DNA of 64,000 nt from an uncultured delta proteobacterium (lineage in GTDB: Bacteria > Myxococcota_A > Polyangia > Polyangiales > Polyangiaceae): assembly GCA_963782055.1 (NCBI GenBank), contig CAWAIF010000003.1:704001-768000 (forward strand), written 5' to 3'. Below the pieces are notes generated by a model that worked only from the letters and a program-made list of their open reading frames with translations, searched no databases and was not told the DNA's origin. The translations under genes and the position numbers were made by a program. Shown here piece by piece: positions 1 through 8,867 of the stretch (positions are counted from its first letter, which is position 1; each line of letters begins with the position of its first letter).

Positions 1-1
1 G

Positions 2-1291
2 CGCTCGCAGGTCCCGGCGCCCACCGTCGAGCCGGACTCCTGGAAGCTGGTGAAGACCACCGCCATCGCCAACATCTACGAGGGCGTCTACGGACCCTCA
101 CCCAACTACCAGGCGGGGAAGATCCCCTTCGCCAACCTGGGCGACGGCGGCAACTTCGCCTTCGACGCGGGCGGCAATCCCATCGTGCAGGGCACCTTCA
201 CCATGCGCTTCTCGCTGGTCGTGCCGCTGCAGTCGGCGTGCCCCATGCCCGCGGACGGCTACCCCATCGTGCTCTACGCGCACGGCACCGGCGGCGACTT
301 CGAGTCGGTGTGGCGGGAGTCGGGCGGCGCGGGCCAGACGCTGCCCAACGAGTGCATCGCGGCCATGGGCGTCGACCAGATCTTCCACGGCGCCCGCCCC
401 GGCGCCCCGCCGCCCACCGACCCCAACCTGGAGACCGACATCGAGCTGCTCTTCTTCAACCTCAACAACCCCATCGCCGCGCGGACGAACGGCCAGCAGG
501 CCGCCATCGACGTCATCCAGCAGGCGCGCCTGTTCACCGAGTCGCACGCCACCGTGCCGGTGGCCAAGCCGGACAACACCCCCATCTCGGCGACCGGCCA
601 GGAGATCCGCTTCGACGCGAGCAAGCTCCTCTTCTTCGGCCACTCGCAGGGCGGCGTGAACGGCCCGCTCTTCCTCGCCGCCGACAATCAGGCGCGCGGC
701 GGAGTGCTGAGCGGCACCGGCGCGATGATCACAGTGGCGCTGCTGGAGAAGACGCTCCCCACGCCCAGCGTGGCGGGTGCGGTCAAGACGCTGCTCGGCC
801 TGAACGGCGAGGCGTATGCCGACGAGCTCAACCTCTTCCACCCCGTCATCAACCTGGCGCAGACCATCGTCGACTCGACCGACCCGCTCGAGTACATGCC
901 GTACATCATCCAGCACCCGCGCCACGGGGTGCACAAGAGCATCTACCAGACCGAGGGCATCGGCCCGGACGGCGTGGGCGACAGCTACGCGCCGCCGCAC
1001 GGCATCGAGATCGCCTCGGTGGCGATGGGGCTGCCGCTGCAGTCCCCCGGCGTGCGGGAGGTGGAGGAGGCGCCCTGGGGCGGCCTGGGCGACGTGACCG
1101 TCCCCGCAGGGGGGCTGTCCGGGAACCTCGCCGGCGGTCAGGCGAGCGGAGTGCTCGCGCAGTTCCCGCCCGCCGCCGGGAGCGACGGGCACTTCGTCGT
1201 CTTCGACGTCGCCGCCGCGCGCACGCAGGCGGCGCAGTTCATCCGGAACCTGGCCGACGATCCGAAGGGCCGGGTCCCCGCGCTTCAGTGA
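2..1291 (+). CDS. Alpha/beta-hydrolase-fold protein (lipase/esterase-like), 5'-truncated by the window edge
   Basis: Frame is open from position 2; YAHGTGG oxyanion-region motif, GHSQG nucleophile elbow, C-terminal DGHF His; GC3-rich codons. Confidence 0.8.
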   Translation, partial: RSQVPAPTVEPDSWKLVKTTAIANIYEGVYGPSPNYQAGKIPFANLGDGGNFAFDAGGNPIVQGTFTMRFSLVVPLQSACPMPADGYPIVLYAHGTGGDFESVWRESGGAGQTLPNECIAAMGVDQIFHGARPGAPPPTDPNLETDIELLFFNLNNPIAARTNGQQAAIDVIQQARLFTESHATVPVAKPDNTPISATGQEIRFDASKLLFFGHSQGGVNGPLFLAADNQARGGVLSGTGAMITVALLEKTLPTPSVAGAVKTLLGLNGEAYADELNLFHPVINLAQTIVDSTDPLEYMPYIIQHPRHGVHKSIYQTEGIGPDGVGDSYAPPHGIEIASVAMGLPLQSPGVREVEEAPWGGLGDVTVPAGGLSGNLAGGQASGVLAQFPPAAGSDGHFVVFDVAAARTQAAQFIRNLADDPKGRVPALQ

Positions 1292-1309
1292 AGCCTGCGC
1301 CGCGGGCTG

Positions 1310-2332
1310 CTACTGGCAACACACGGTGCGCGTGGACGCGTAGGTCACGCTGGGGTTCGACTTGCCGGTCGCCGTGCAGCCGTTGAAGCTGGCGGTCGCG
1401 GTGTAGGAGAGGCCGTGGTACTGGCCCTGTTGCTGCGTGCCGTGGCACTTGCCATCGGCGGCGACGGTGTCCTCGCCGTTCTGGCAGGTATCGTCGCTCC
1501 AGAAGTGGACCGTGGGGCTGGTGCAGCCGCCCTTGAAGGTGCACGCCGTCCCGCAGTCGGAGCAGGTGAGGGTCGGCGTCTTCTCGACCAGCCGCTTCTG
1601 CGAGAAGGAAGAGCCGTTGGGGCAGGGCACGTCGGCGTCGTGGACGATGCACGCGGCGAACCCGTTGGGCGCGTAGCCCGCGCACGTGGCGGACTGGCAC
1701 TCCGCCGGCGGCGGGCACAGGCGCACGTCGGTGCCGATCACCGCCCCGGCGTCCTGGACCTTGGCGACGTCGCATGTGCCGCCGCTCGGCTGGATCGTCG
1801 TGGCCTGCTCGTCCGCGTGAAGGAAGTAGTCCGTCGCGACGCAAGCGCCGTCGGTGAAGGTGATCGTGCCCTGATCATCCCCGTTGCAGGTGTTGAACTT
1901 CCCCTTCATGTGGATGGTGCCGGTGGTGCACGTGGGGTCGGTCAGCTTGGTGCAGGAGCACGAGCACGCGCCGTTGCCGGTCGTGACGTTGATCAACGCG
2001 TCGTCCGCGGGGCCGTAGGATTGCGGGCACGCGGTCTGCGTGTTCTCCGCATAGGCCACCGGCGTCCAGCCGGCGGGCACCTCCGCGCCGCCGCACGCGT
2101 TGGCGTCGGTGTAGCAGGGGCCGGCGTCGAACGGCGGCTGCACGACGTCCAGCCCGGCGTCGCTCGCGTCGGGGCCACCGCCCCCGTCGGGCAGGACGTC
2201 GCCGTCAGGCCCGACGTTGCCGTCGGGGAGCGGGTTGACCGCCGCGTCGTCCACCGGCGCGAGCCCGCTCTCGTCCAGACCGCACCCGATGACCAGCGCC
2301 CCGAGCATGGCGAGCGAGGTCATCCTCATCAT
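1310..2332 (-). CDS. Cys-rich secreted lipoprotein, hypothetical
   Basis: Signal peptide ending LVIGC, Asp/Gly/Pro linker, many Cys; TATCCT 7 nt upstream of the ATG at 2332. Confidence 0.75.
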   Translation of the reverse strand: MMRMTSLAMLGALVIGCGLDESGLAPVDDAAVNPLPDGNVGPDGDVLPDGGGGPDASDAGLDVVQPPFDAGPCYTDANACGGAEVPAGWTPVAYAENTQTACPQSYGPADDALINVTTGNGACSCSCTKLTDPTCTTGTIHMKGKFNTCNGDDQGTITFTDGACVATDYFLHADEQATTIQPSGGTCDVAKVQDAGAVIGTDVRLCPPPAECQSATCAGYAPNGFAACIVHDADVPCPNGSSFSQKRLVEKTPTLTCSDCGTACTFKGGCTSPTVHFWSDDTCQNGEDTVAADGKCHGTQQQGQYHGLSYTATASFNGCTATGKSNPSVTYASTRTVCCQ

Positions 2333-2452
2333 ACCGGTAAGGATAGCCCCCCTCCCGCGCCCGTCACAAGCGAAGAAGGTCCACATGCTGATGTGTACCG
2401 TAACACGCCTCGCGCCAGTCTTCCTTCGTGCCCTTCGGGCTGTCGGCCGCTC

Positions 2453-4270
2453 TCAGGTCCGCACGCCGTGCAGCGGGCCTCCCGCAGCGAAGAGGGCGTC
2501 GACGCGCCGCGACACGCCGGCGTCCTCGATCAGAGGCGGTGCGTGCTGGGGCTTGTGCCGCGCGTCGATGACCACCGATCCGGTGCAGCCCCAGGCCTTG
2601 TCGATGACGCGCTCCCCGCCGCCATGCACGTCACGCGCCGGGTCGGAGCGCGTGAAGGTGATCCACAGCCAGTTGCGGAGCGAGCGCGCGGCGAACTCGG
2701 CGTCGTCGACGAGCACCACCAGCGGGAAGCCGCTCACCGGCTCCGGGCCGAGCGCCGCGGCGAAGTCACGCGCGGCGCTCTCGCCGAAGGGGGGCGCACC
2801 CACGACGAGCACGCCCGGCAGCGCCACGCGCACCTCCGCCTGTCGTGTGGGCAGACGGAGTCCGTCCGGCACGCGGGTGCCGAGCGTCCGCCGCGACGGA
2901 CCGGCGGCGGCGATCACCACCTTCGAGCCGGCGTTGAGGCCCGTGCCGGAGTAGTCGAGCGTGTCGATGGTGGTGTTGGTGACGAAGTGCAGATCGCGAG
3001 TCGGGTCGACGCGCTCGAGCACGTGCCGGAAGAACGCCCCGAGGTCACGCACGTCCAGCCCTGGCGCGCCGCCGCCGTCGGCGATGAAGAGGTACTTGGC
3101 GAGGGACATCTGCCCCTGCCCCAGGATGGCGCTCGCCTGCGTGAGGATCTCCATCGGCCGCGTGACGTCGGCATAAGGCGTGTAGCGCTCGCTGCCAATC
3201 GCGAGCAGGAGCGGGTGCACGCCCGCCGCGTCGACCGCGTGGACCGCGCGCACGCCGGGAAGCACGTCGGGCACGAGCGGGGCGGTGAGCTCGCCGATGA
3301 GCTCGCCGAAGATGGTGTCCTCCTGCGGCGGCCGCCCCACGACCGTGAAGGGCCAGATGGCGTCCTCGCGGCAGCGCACGTCCTCCACGTGCAGGACCGG
3401 GAAGTCGTGGCGGCGGGAGTAGTAGCCGAGGTGATCGCCGAAGGGGCCCTCCGGCTTGGTCTCCGTCGGGTCCACCCAGCCGCGCAGGACGAAGTCGGCG
3501 TCGGCGTGGACGCACGGCTCACCGCGCACCAGGCGCACGCTGCGCCGGTTGAGCGCGCCGGCGAAGGCGAGCTCGGGCAGCCCCTCCGGCAGGGGCATCA
3601 CCGCGGCGAGGGTCATCGCGGGCGGGCCGCCGACGAAGACGTTGACGCGCAGGGTCTCCCCCCGCGCTCGCGCCGCGGCGTGGTGCACGCCGATGCCGCG
3701 GTGGATCTGGTAGTGCAGCCCCACCTCGCGCCCCGCGACGTACTCGTTGCCCGAGAGCTGGATGCGATACATCCCCAGGTTGGAGCGGCGCGGCCCGGGG
3801 GCGCCCGGGTCCTCGGTGTAGACCTGGGGCAGGGTGACGAAGGGGCCGCCGTCGTCGGGCCAGGAGACGAGCTGCGGCAGCGCCGCGATGGAGGTCTCGC
3901 GCGCGAGTGACGGAGCGCGCCGCACGAAGCGCGGGAGCAGGTGCGTCGCGGCAGCCGGCAGCCGCGCGGCCGCCGCCGGGTGCCGCAACAGGTCCGCCGG
4001 GTCGACGCGCGCCGCGACGAGCGCGCGTACGCCGTCCAGGGCGTCGCGAAATATGTATTCTGCACGCTTCCGGGTGCCGAGGAGGTTGGACACCATGGGG
4101 AAGGCGGTGCCCTTCACCCGCGCGAAGAGGATCGCCGGCCCGCCCGCGGCGAAGACGCGCCGCTGGATCTCGGCGGCCTCCAGGTACGCGTCCACCTCCA
4201 CGTCCAGGCGCAGGAGCTGGTCGGTGCGCGCGAGGTCGTCGACGCAATCACGCAGGGAGGCGTAGCCCAT
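2453..4270 (-). CDS. ubiD: UbiD-family (prFMN-dependent) decarboxylase
   Basis: MGYASLRDCVDDL N-terminus, DDGGPFVTLPQVY, NLGMYRIQ, EGPFGDHLGYYS, GRPPQED motifs; exact substrate unknown. Confidence 0.9.
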   Translation of the reverse strand: MGYASLRDCVDDLARTDQLLRLDVEVDAYLEAAEIQRRVFAAGGPAILFARVKGTAFPMVSNLLGTRKRAEYIFRDALDGVRALVAARVDPADLLRHPAAAARLPAAATHLLPRFVRRAPSLARETSIAALPQLVSWPDDGGPFVTLPQVYTEDPGAPGPRRSNLGMYRIQLSGNEYVAGREVGLHYQIHRGIGVHHAAARARGETLRVNVFVGGPPAMTLAAVMPLPEGLPELAFAGALNRRSVRLVRGEPCVHADADFVLRGWVDPTETKPEGPFGDHLGYYSRRHDFPVLHVEDVRCREDAIWPFTVVGRPPQEDTIFGELIGELTAPLVPDVLPGVRAVHAVDAAGVHPLLLAIGSERYTPYADVTRPMEILTQASAILGQGQMSLAKYLFIADGGGAPGLDVRDLGAFFRHVLERVDPTRDLHFVTNTTIDTLDYSGTGLNAGSKVVIAAAGPSRRTLGTRVPDGLRLPTRQAEVRVALPGVLVVGAPPFGESAARDFAAALGPEPVSGFPLVVLVDDAEFAARSLRNWLWITFTRSDPARDVHGGGERVIDKAWGCTGSVVIDARHKPQHAPPLIEDAGVSRRVDALFAAGGPLHGVRT

Positions 4271-4401
4271 CGGCGGGGGACTGTAGTCGCGCGCCGGGCA
4301 GATGCCGAGGGGGCAGACCGAGCCGCTCCCTCCGGTCAGCCTTTGTCATGGTAAAGGCAGCTTTCGTGAATCGCCCGGGCCTGGTACGCGTCGAACCGCC
4401 G

Positions 4402-5154
4402 GTGCGCGCGCTCGTTGCCCTCTCCATCCTCGGCGTCCTCCTCGCCTCGCCGCTCGCGCGCGCCCAGGCGCCGGCCGGCAGCCCGCCGCCATCCGGACCG
4501 CCGCCGGCCATCACGCCGGAGCACCAGGCGCAGGTGCGCGCCCAGCTCGAGCAGGAGTCGCGCGCCGCGCAGGGCCCCGGCATCTACGCTCAGGAGGCGC
4601 GCGACGTCGACGCGGCCCGCTACCAGGCGTGGGTGGCGCGCGGGAAGGCGGCGAAGCGCGGCCCCTTCCGGCTGGGCGACCGCCTGAGCGGCGTCGACAC
4701 CGGGGGGTACTTCGCCGCGTACGGGGGGCGCGACGGTCTCTTCGCGATCGGCTCGCGCGTCGCCGGCCGGGTCGGCCTGTGGCGGTGGCTGGAGCTGGAG
4801 GGTCGCGCCTACGTCGCGTCGGAGGTCTTCCAGGGCTTCCACTTCGTCACGACCGCGGCCGTGCTCTCGATGCGCGCCGAGGTCGCGGTCTCCGGGTCGT
4901 CCACGCTGTACGCCACCCTCGGCGCCGGCGCGGAGGCGCCCCTCACCGGCGGCGCCCGCACGCCCGACGGGGCGCTGCTCGTGCCCCTGTCGCTCGGCGT
5001 GAGCGCCTGCATCGTCAACCTCGGCGATGCCGGCTGCGGCGGCATCATGGTGGAGTCCACGTTCGGCATCCGGGTCCCCTTCGGCGGCGCGGACGAGATG
5101 CGCATCGTCCGCGGGTACGTCGCCTTCAACTTCGGTCCCGCTCTGGTCTTCTGA
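4402..5154 (+). CDS. Secreted hypothetical protein, possible outer-membrane beta-barrel C-terminus
   Basis: GTG start, signal peptide (..LASPLARA|Q), Pro linker, amphipathic strands, terminal Phe. Confidence 0.6.
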   Translation: MRALVALSILGVLLASPLARAQAPAGSPPPSGPPPAITPEHQAQVRAQLEQESRAAQGPGIYAQEARDVDAARYQAWVARGKAAKRGPFRLGDRLSGVDTGGYFAAYGGRDGLFAIGSRVAGRVGLWRWLELEGRAYVASEVFQGFHFVTTAAVLSMRAEVAVSGSSTLYATLGAGAEAPLTGGARTPDGALLVPLSLGVSACIVNLGDAGCGGIMVESTFGIRVPFGGADEMRIVRGYVAFNFGPALVF

Positions 5155-5155
5155 G

Positions 5156-6061
5156 ATGCGCGCGCCCGCCCTCGTCCTCGCCGCCGCCGTGGCGCTCGCC
5201 GCCGCGCCCGCGCTCGCGCAGCAGGTGACGTGCATCCCGGGCACGAGCGTCTGCGGTCAGGTCGGCCCGGACGGGAAGATCATCGTCGCGCCGCCGCCGG
5301 TGGGCGTGCAGGGGCAGGGGACGGTGCAGGGGCAGGGCCAGGGCCAGGGCCAGGGCCAGGTGCAGGTCGCGCCTCCCTCGTGGCAGGAGCAGGTGGCGAA
5401 GTGGCGGCTGCAGTGGGACGCATACTTCCGCTGGCGCGCGCAGCTCAAGGTGCAGGTCGACATCGACGTCGCCGCGCGCCTCCACGCCGAGGCGCACGCC
5501 GCCGACCTCGCCGTGCCGGACCCGTACCTCCATCGCCCGCTCTCCATCCCGGGGCCGAGCGTCCCCGACGTTCACTTCCCGCGCATGAGCCTCGGTCTGC
5601 TCGGCTTCTGCTTCGGGCACTGGGTCGGCGAGGGCGCGCCCGTCTACGCGGGCTACTGCCCGTCCATCCGCTACCGTCTCGGCAGGCTGGCGATCGCCCT
5701 CGACCCGTCGCTCACCGACGTCGACGAGGCCAACCGGCAGTACGTGCTCTTCGCCGTCCGCCCGGACGTCACGTACGCGATCCTCGCCGGCTCCGGCGAG
5801 ACGCTCGGCTCCGAGCTCTTCGTGCGTGGCGGCGGCGACGTCTACTTCCCCTTCGACACCGACTACGAGACGCCCGCGGCGTTCCTCGGCGCGCACGCCG
5901 GCATCGGGGCGCAGATCACCGGCGCGACGTGGGCCTTCGGCATGGACTGGCGCGCGACGCTGCGCGGGGGCGTGTCGCCCGGCACCGACCCCGCCTCCCG
6001 CGCGATGGCGGACTTCCGCGCGGGCACCGAGGTGCGCGCGTACGTCACCGTGGAGTTCTAG
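5156..6061 (+). CDS. Secreted hypothetical protein, possible outer-membrane beta-barrel, with QG repeat
   Basis: Signal peptide MRAPALVLAAAVALAAAPALA, (QG)n tract, C-terminal YVTVEF; starts 1 nt after the previous stop. Confidence 0.65.
   Translation: MRAPALVLAAAVALAAAPALAQQVTCIPGTSVCGQVGPDGKIIVAPPPVGVQGQGTVQGQGQGQGQGQVQVAPPSWQEQVAKWRLQWDAYFRWRAQLKVQVDIDVAARLHAEAHAADLAVPDPYLHRPLSIPGPSVPDVHFPRMSLGLLGFCFGHWVGEGAPVYAGYCPSIRYRLGRLAIALDPSLTDVDEANRQYVLFAVRPDVTYAILAGSGETLGSELFVRGGGDVYFPFDTDYETPAAFLGAHAGIGAQITGATWAFGMDWRATLRGGVSPGTDPASRAMADFRAGTEVRAYVTVEF
5309..5368 (+). repeat. Hexamer tandem repeat (CAGGGS) encoding Gln-Gly
   Basis: cagggg/cagggc units read directly from the sequence. Confidence 0.8.
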
Positions 6062-6067
6062 GCGTCG

Positions 6068-7666
6068 TCACGCCTGCCTCTTCCTTCGCGCCGAGAGCGC
6101 GAGGCCGAGGCCGAGCACCACGGCGAGCGGGGCGCCGCCGGAGCCGCCACCCGCGCCGGAGGTGCTGCACCCGGCGGTGACCATCGGATCGCCGTTCGCG
6201 CCGGGCTCGGGCGACTCGTTCGCCTCGGCGCACGCGTCGCCCACGCCGTCCGCGTCGCTGTCGGTCTGGTCGGCGTTGGGGATGCCGGGGCAGTTGTCCT
6301 TCGTGTTGGGGACTCCGTCCCCATCCATGTCGTCGTCGCACACGTCGCCGGTGCCGTCGTCGTCCATGTCCGACTGATCCGCGTTGGCCACCTGCGGGCA
6401 GTTGTCGTCCTCGTCGGCGATGCCGTCGCCGTCGAAGTCGCCGTCGCAGGCGTCGCCCTCGCCGTCCTTGTCGGCGTCGGCCTGGTCGGGGTTGGCGTCG
6501 ACCGGGCAGTTGTCGTCGGCGTTCGGCACGCCGTCGCCGTCGATGTCGTCGTCGCAGGCGTCGCCCTTGCCGTCGCCGTCGGTGTCGTCCTGGTCCAGGT
6601 TGGGCGTCTTCGGGCAGTTGTCCTGCGAGTCGGGCACGAAGTCGCCGTCGTCGTCCTGCTGGCAGGCATCGCCCTTGCCGTCGCCGTTGGTGTCGGTCTG
6701 GTTCGGGTTCTTCGTCTTGGGGCAGTTGTCCTTCGCGTCGGGGACGCCGTCGCCGTCGTCGTCGTCGTCGCACACGTCCCCCTTGCCGTCCTTGTCGGTG
6801 TCGGTCTGGGCGTGGTTCTTGTCCTTCGGGCAGTTGTCCTTCGCGTCGGGGATCTTGTCGTTGTCGTCGTCGTTGTCGCAGGCGTCGCCCTTGCCGTCCT
6901 TGTCGGTGTCGAGCTGCCCAGCGTTCTTGACGGTGCGGCAGTTGTCCTTGCCGTCGAGCACTCCGTCGTTGTCGTCGTCGTTGTCGCAGGCGTCGCCCTT
7001 GCCGTCCTTGTCGGTGTCGGTCTGGCCGTGGTTCTTGACGCCCGGGCAGTTGTCCTTGTTGTCGGGGATGCCGTCGCCGTCCTTGTCGTTGGCGATGCCG
7101 TCGAAGCGAATGGCGGTGAAGGTACGGCCCTCGTAGGAGATGTAGACCGAGCTGCCGTTGATGGAGACGTTGGAGGTGAACGCGTGCGCGTAGGGCTGCG
7201 CGGCGCTGCACCCAGGCTCCTCCAGGAACACCGCGCTCTTCTTGGGCGTCACCCACTTCTTGAACAGGACGATGTGCTCGGAGCGGTTGAGCGCGTCGCC
7301 GGGTTGCAGGTTGCCGCCGGAGATGGTGTGCGAGACCTGCGTGTTGAAGGGGGCGAACTGCGTGGTCACCCGGCCCGGCGCGGGAAGGGCCCACGCCCAC
7401 GACACGAACCCCGAGCAGTCGGAGCGGTACGGGTCCCACTGCGCGTTGTTCTGACGCGAGCACGTCGACGAGCACGCCGCGTCGTAGTCGTGCTTGTGGT
7501 TCGGCGCCTGGCAGTACTTCAGCTTGGCGTTGACCCACTGCATCGCGCGGCTCACGGCGGTGGCCCCGGTGATGGCCTCGGAGGAGGACTCCTCGTCGGA
7601 GGTGGAGACGGCGCACCCGACGGCGAAAGCCACACCGGCCGCGATGATGAGTTGAGTCCCGCGCAT
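6068..7666 (-). CDS. Lipoprotein: NlpC/P60-like cysteine peptidase domain + 8 thrombospondin type-3 units + MYXO-CTERM-like tail
   Basis: Lipobox FAVGC; YRSDCSGFVSWAW...LQPGDAL..SEHIVLF; repeated DNCP..N..Q.D.D.DG.GD.C; GCSTSG...LAVVLGLGLALSARRKR; GGAGG RBS. Confidence 0.85.
   Translation of the reverse strand: MRGTQLIIAAGVAFAVGCAVSTSDEESSSEAITGATAVSRAMQWVNAKLKYCQAPNHKHDYDAACSSTCSRQNNAQWDPYRSDCSGFVSWAWALPAPGRVTTQFAPFNTQVSHTISGGNLQPGDALNRSEHIVLFKKWVTPKKSAVFLEEPGCSAAQPYAHAFTSNVSINGSSVYISYEGRTFTAIRFDGIANDKDGDGIPDNKDNCPGVKNHGQTDTDKDGKGDACDNDDDNDGVLDGKDNCRTVKNAGQLDTDKDGKGDACDNDDDNDKIPDAKDNCPKDKNHAQTDTDKDGKGDVCDDDDDGDGVPDAKDNCPKTKNPNQTDTNGDGKGDACQQDDDGDFVPDSQDNCPKTPNLDQDDTDGDGKGDACDDDIDGDGVPNADDNCPVDANPDQADADKDGEGDACDGDFDGDGIADEDDNCPQVANADQSDMDDDGTGDVCDDDMDGDGVPNTKDNCPGIPNADQTDSDADGVGDACAEANESPEPGANGDPMVTAGCSTSGAGGGSGGAPLAVVLGLGLALSARRKRQA
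6230..7090 (-). repeat. Eight ~108-nt (36-aa) thrombospondin type-3 Ca-binding repeat units
   Basis: Eight DNC[P/R] units counted in the translation. Confidence 0.85.
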
Positions 7667-7690
7667 TGAGTTCCTCCGGAGGGGACCATG

Positions 7691-7706
7691 AGCAATGCGC
7701 GTTCCA
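7691..7706 (-). promoter_or_regulatory. sigma54 (-24/-12) promoter of the NlpC/P60-TSP3 gene
   Basis: Minus strand TGGAACGCGCATTGCT vs consensus TGGCACG-N4-TTGCW (1 mismatch, exact GG-N10-GC spacing), followed by the RBS and ATG. Confidence 0.8.
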
Positions 7707-7862
7707 GCGGCGCGCGAGGCGGATTTTCCGGGTCGCCGGCGCGGTGGAGGGAGAAACCCCACCTCGCCCGGCCAGGGGCGCATGGGTCGCGGGGGATCCG
7801 CCTCGCGACGTGCCGCGATGAGGTGCGCGATCTCGCGACGTCGCGTGGGGTAGTCTGGTCGC

Positions 7863-8867
7863 GTGCTCGCGATGCGGATTCACGAATACGGTGGCCCGGA
7901 CGTCTTCCGCGCCGACGAGGTCGATCGTCCGGAGCCGGGCCCCCGCGATCTCCTCGTCCGCGTCCACGCGACGGCGGTCAACCCGGTGGACTGGAAGCTG
8001 CGCAGCGGCGGACAGCGCAACGTGGCGCGCCTGGAGCTGCCGTGGATCCTGGGCCTGGACGTCTCCGGGGTGGTGGAGGCGGTCGGCCCGCGCGTGACGT
8101 GCTTCCGCGTGGGCGACGAGGTCTGGTCCACGCCCACGCACCGGCGGCCGGGTTGCTACGCCGAGTACACCTGCATCGACGAGCGGCAGGCGAGCAAGAA
8201 GCCGGCGCGCCTCTCGCACGTGGAGGCGGCGTCCATGCCGCTCGTGGGGCTCACCGCGTACCAGTGTCTGGTCGAGAGCGCGCGGCTTCGCGCCGGGGAG
8301 CGCGTGCTCATCCACGCCGGCGCCGGCGGCGTCGGGACCTTCGCCATCCAGCTCGCCAAGCACCTCGGCGCGCACGTGCTGACCACCTGCAGCGCGCGCA
8401 ACACCGACTTCGTGCGCGCGCTCGGCGCCGACGAGGTCATCGACTACACGAAGGGCAGCTTCGCCGACCAGTGCGATCCGGTCGATGTGGTGCTCGACAG
8501 CATCGGTCCCAGGATCCTCGAGGACAACGTGCGCGTGCTCCGCGCCGGCGGGCGCCTCGCCAACATCTCGGTGGACCTGCCGGAGCACGTCGAGCGCCAC
8601 GGCCCCTTCCTGGGCCTGTTCACCGTGGCCGGCGAGATGGTGCGGCTGCTGTCGCTGCCCTTTCATCGCAAGGCCATCCGCAGCCGGCACGTGCTCAAGC
8701 GCTCCGACGGCGTGCAGCTCGACGACATCGCCCGGCTGGTGGACGCAGGCGCGATCCGCGCGGTCATCGACCGTGTGCTGCCGCTGACCGAGGTGGCCGA
8801 CGCGCACCGCTACGGGGAGACGAACCGCGCGCGCGGCAAGATCGTGCTGGCGGTGAACGGTGCGTGA
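7863..8867 (+). CDS. NAD(P)H-dependent quinone oxidoreductase-like MDR-family protein
   Basis: YGGPDV, AVNPVDWK, LGLDVSGVV, HAGAGGVGTFAIQLAK, GKIVL. Confidence 0.9.
   Translation: MLAMRIHEYGGPDVFRADEVDRPEPGPRDLLVRVHATAVNPVDWKLRSGGQRNVARLELPWILGLDVSGVVEAVGPRVTCFRVGDEVWSTPTHRRPGCYAEYTCIDERQASKKPARLSHVEAASMPLVGLTAYQCLVESARLRAGERVLIHAGAGGVGTFAIQLAKHLGAHVLTTCSARNTDFVRALGADEVIDYTKGSFADQCDPVDVVLDSIGPRILEDNVRVLRAGGRLANISVDLPEHVERHGPFLGLFTVAGEMVRLLSLPFHRKAIRSRHVLKRSDGVQLDDIARLVDAGAIRAVIDRVLPLTEVADAHRYGETNRARGKIVLAVNGA

Noticed and set aside
6230..7090. CRISPR-like periodic repeats
   Set aside because: Repeats are degenerate, in-frame and protein-coding (TSP3), with no unique spacers or cas genes; the same applies to the FG-GAP repeats
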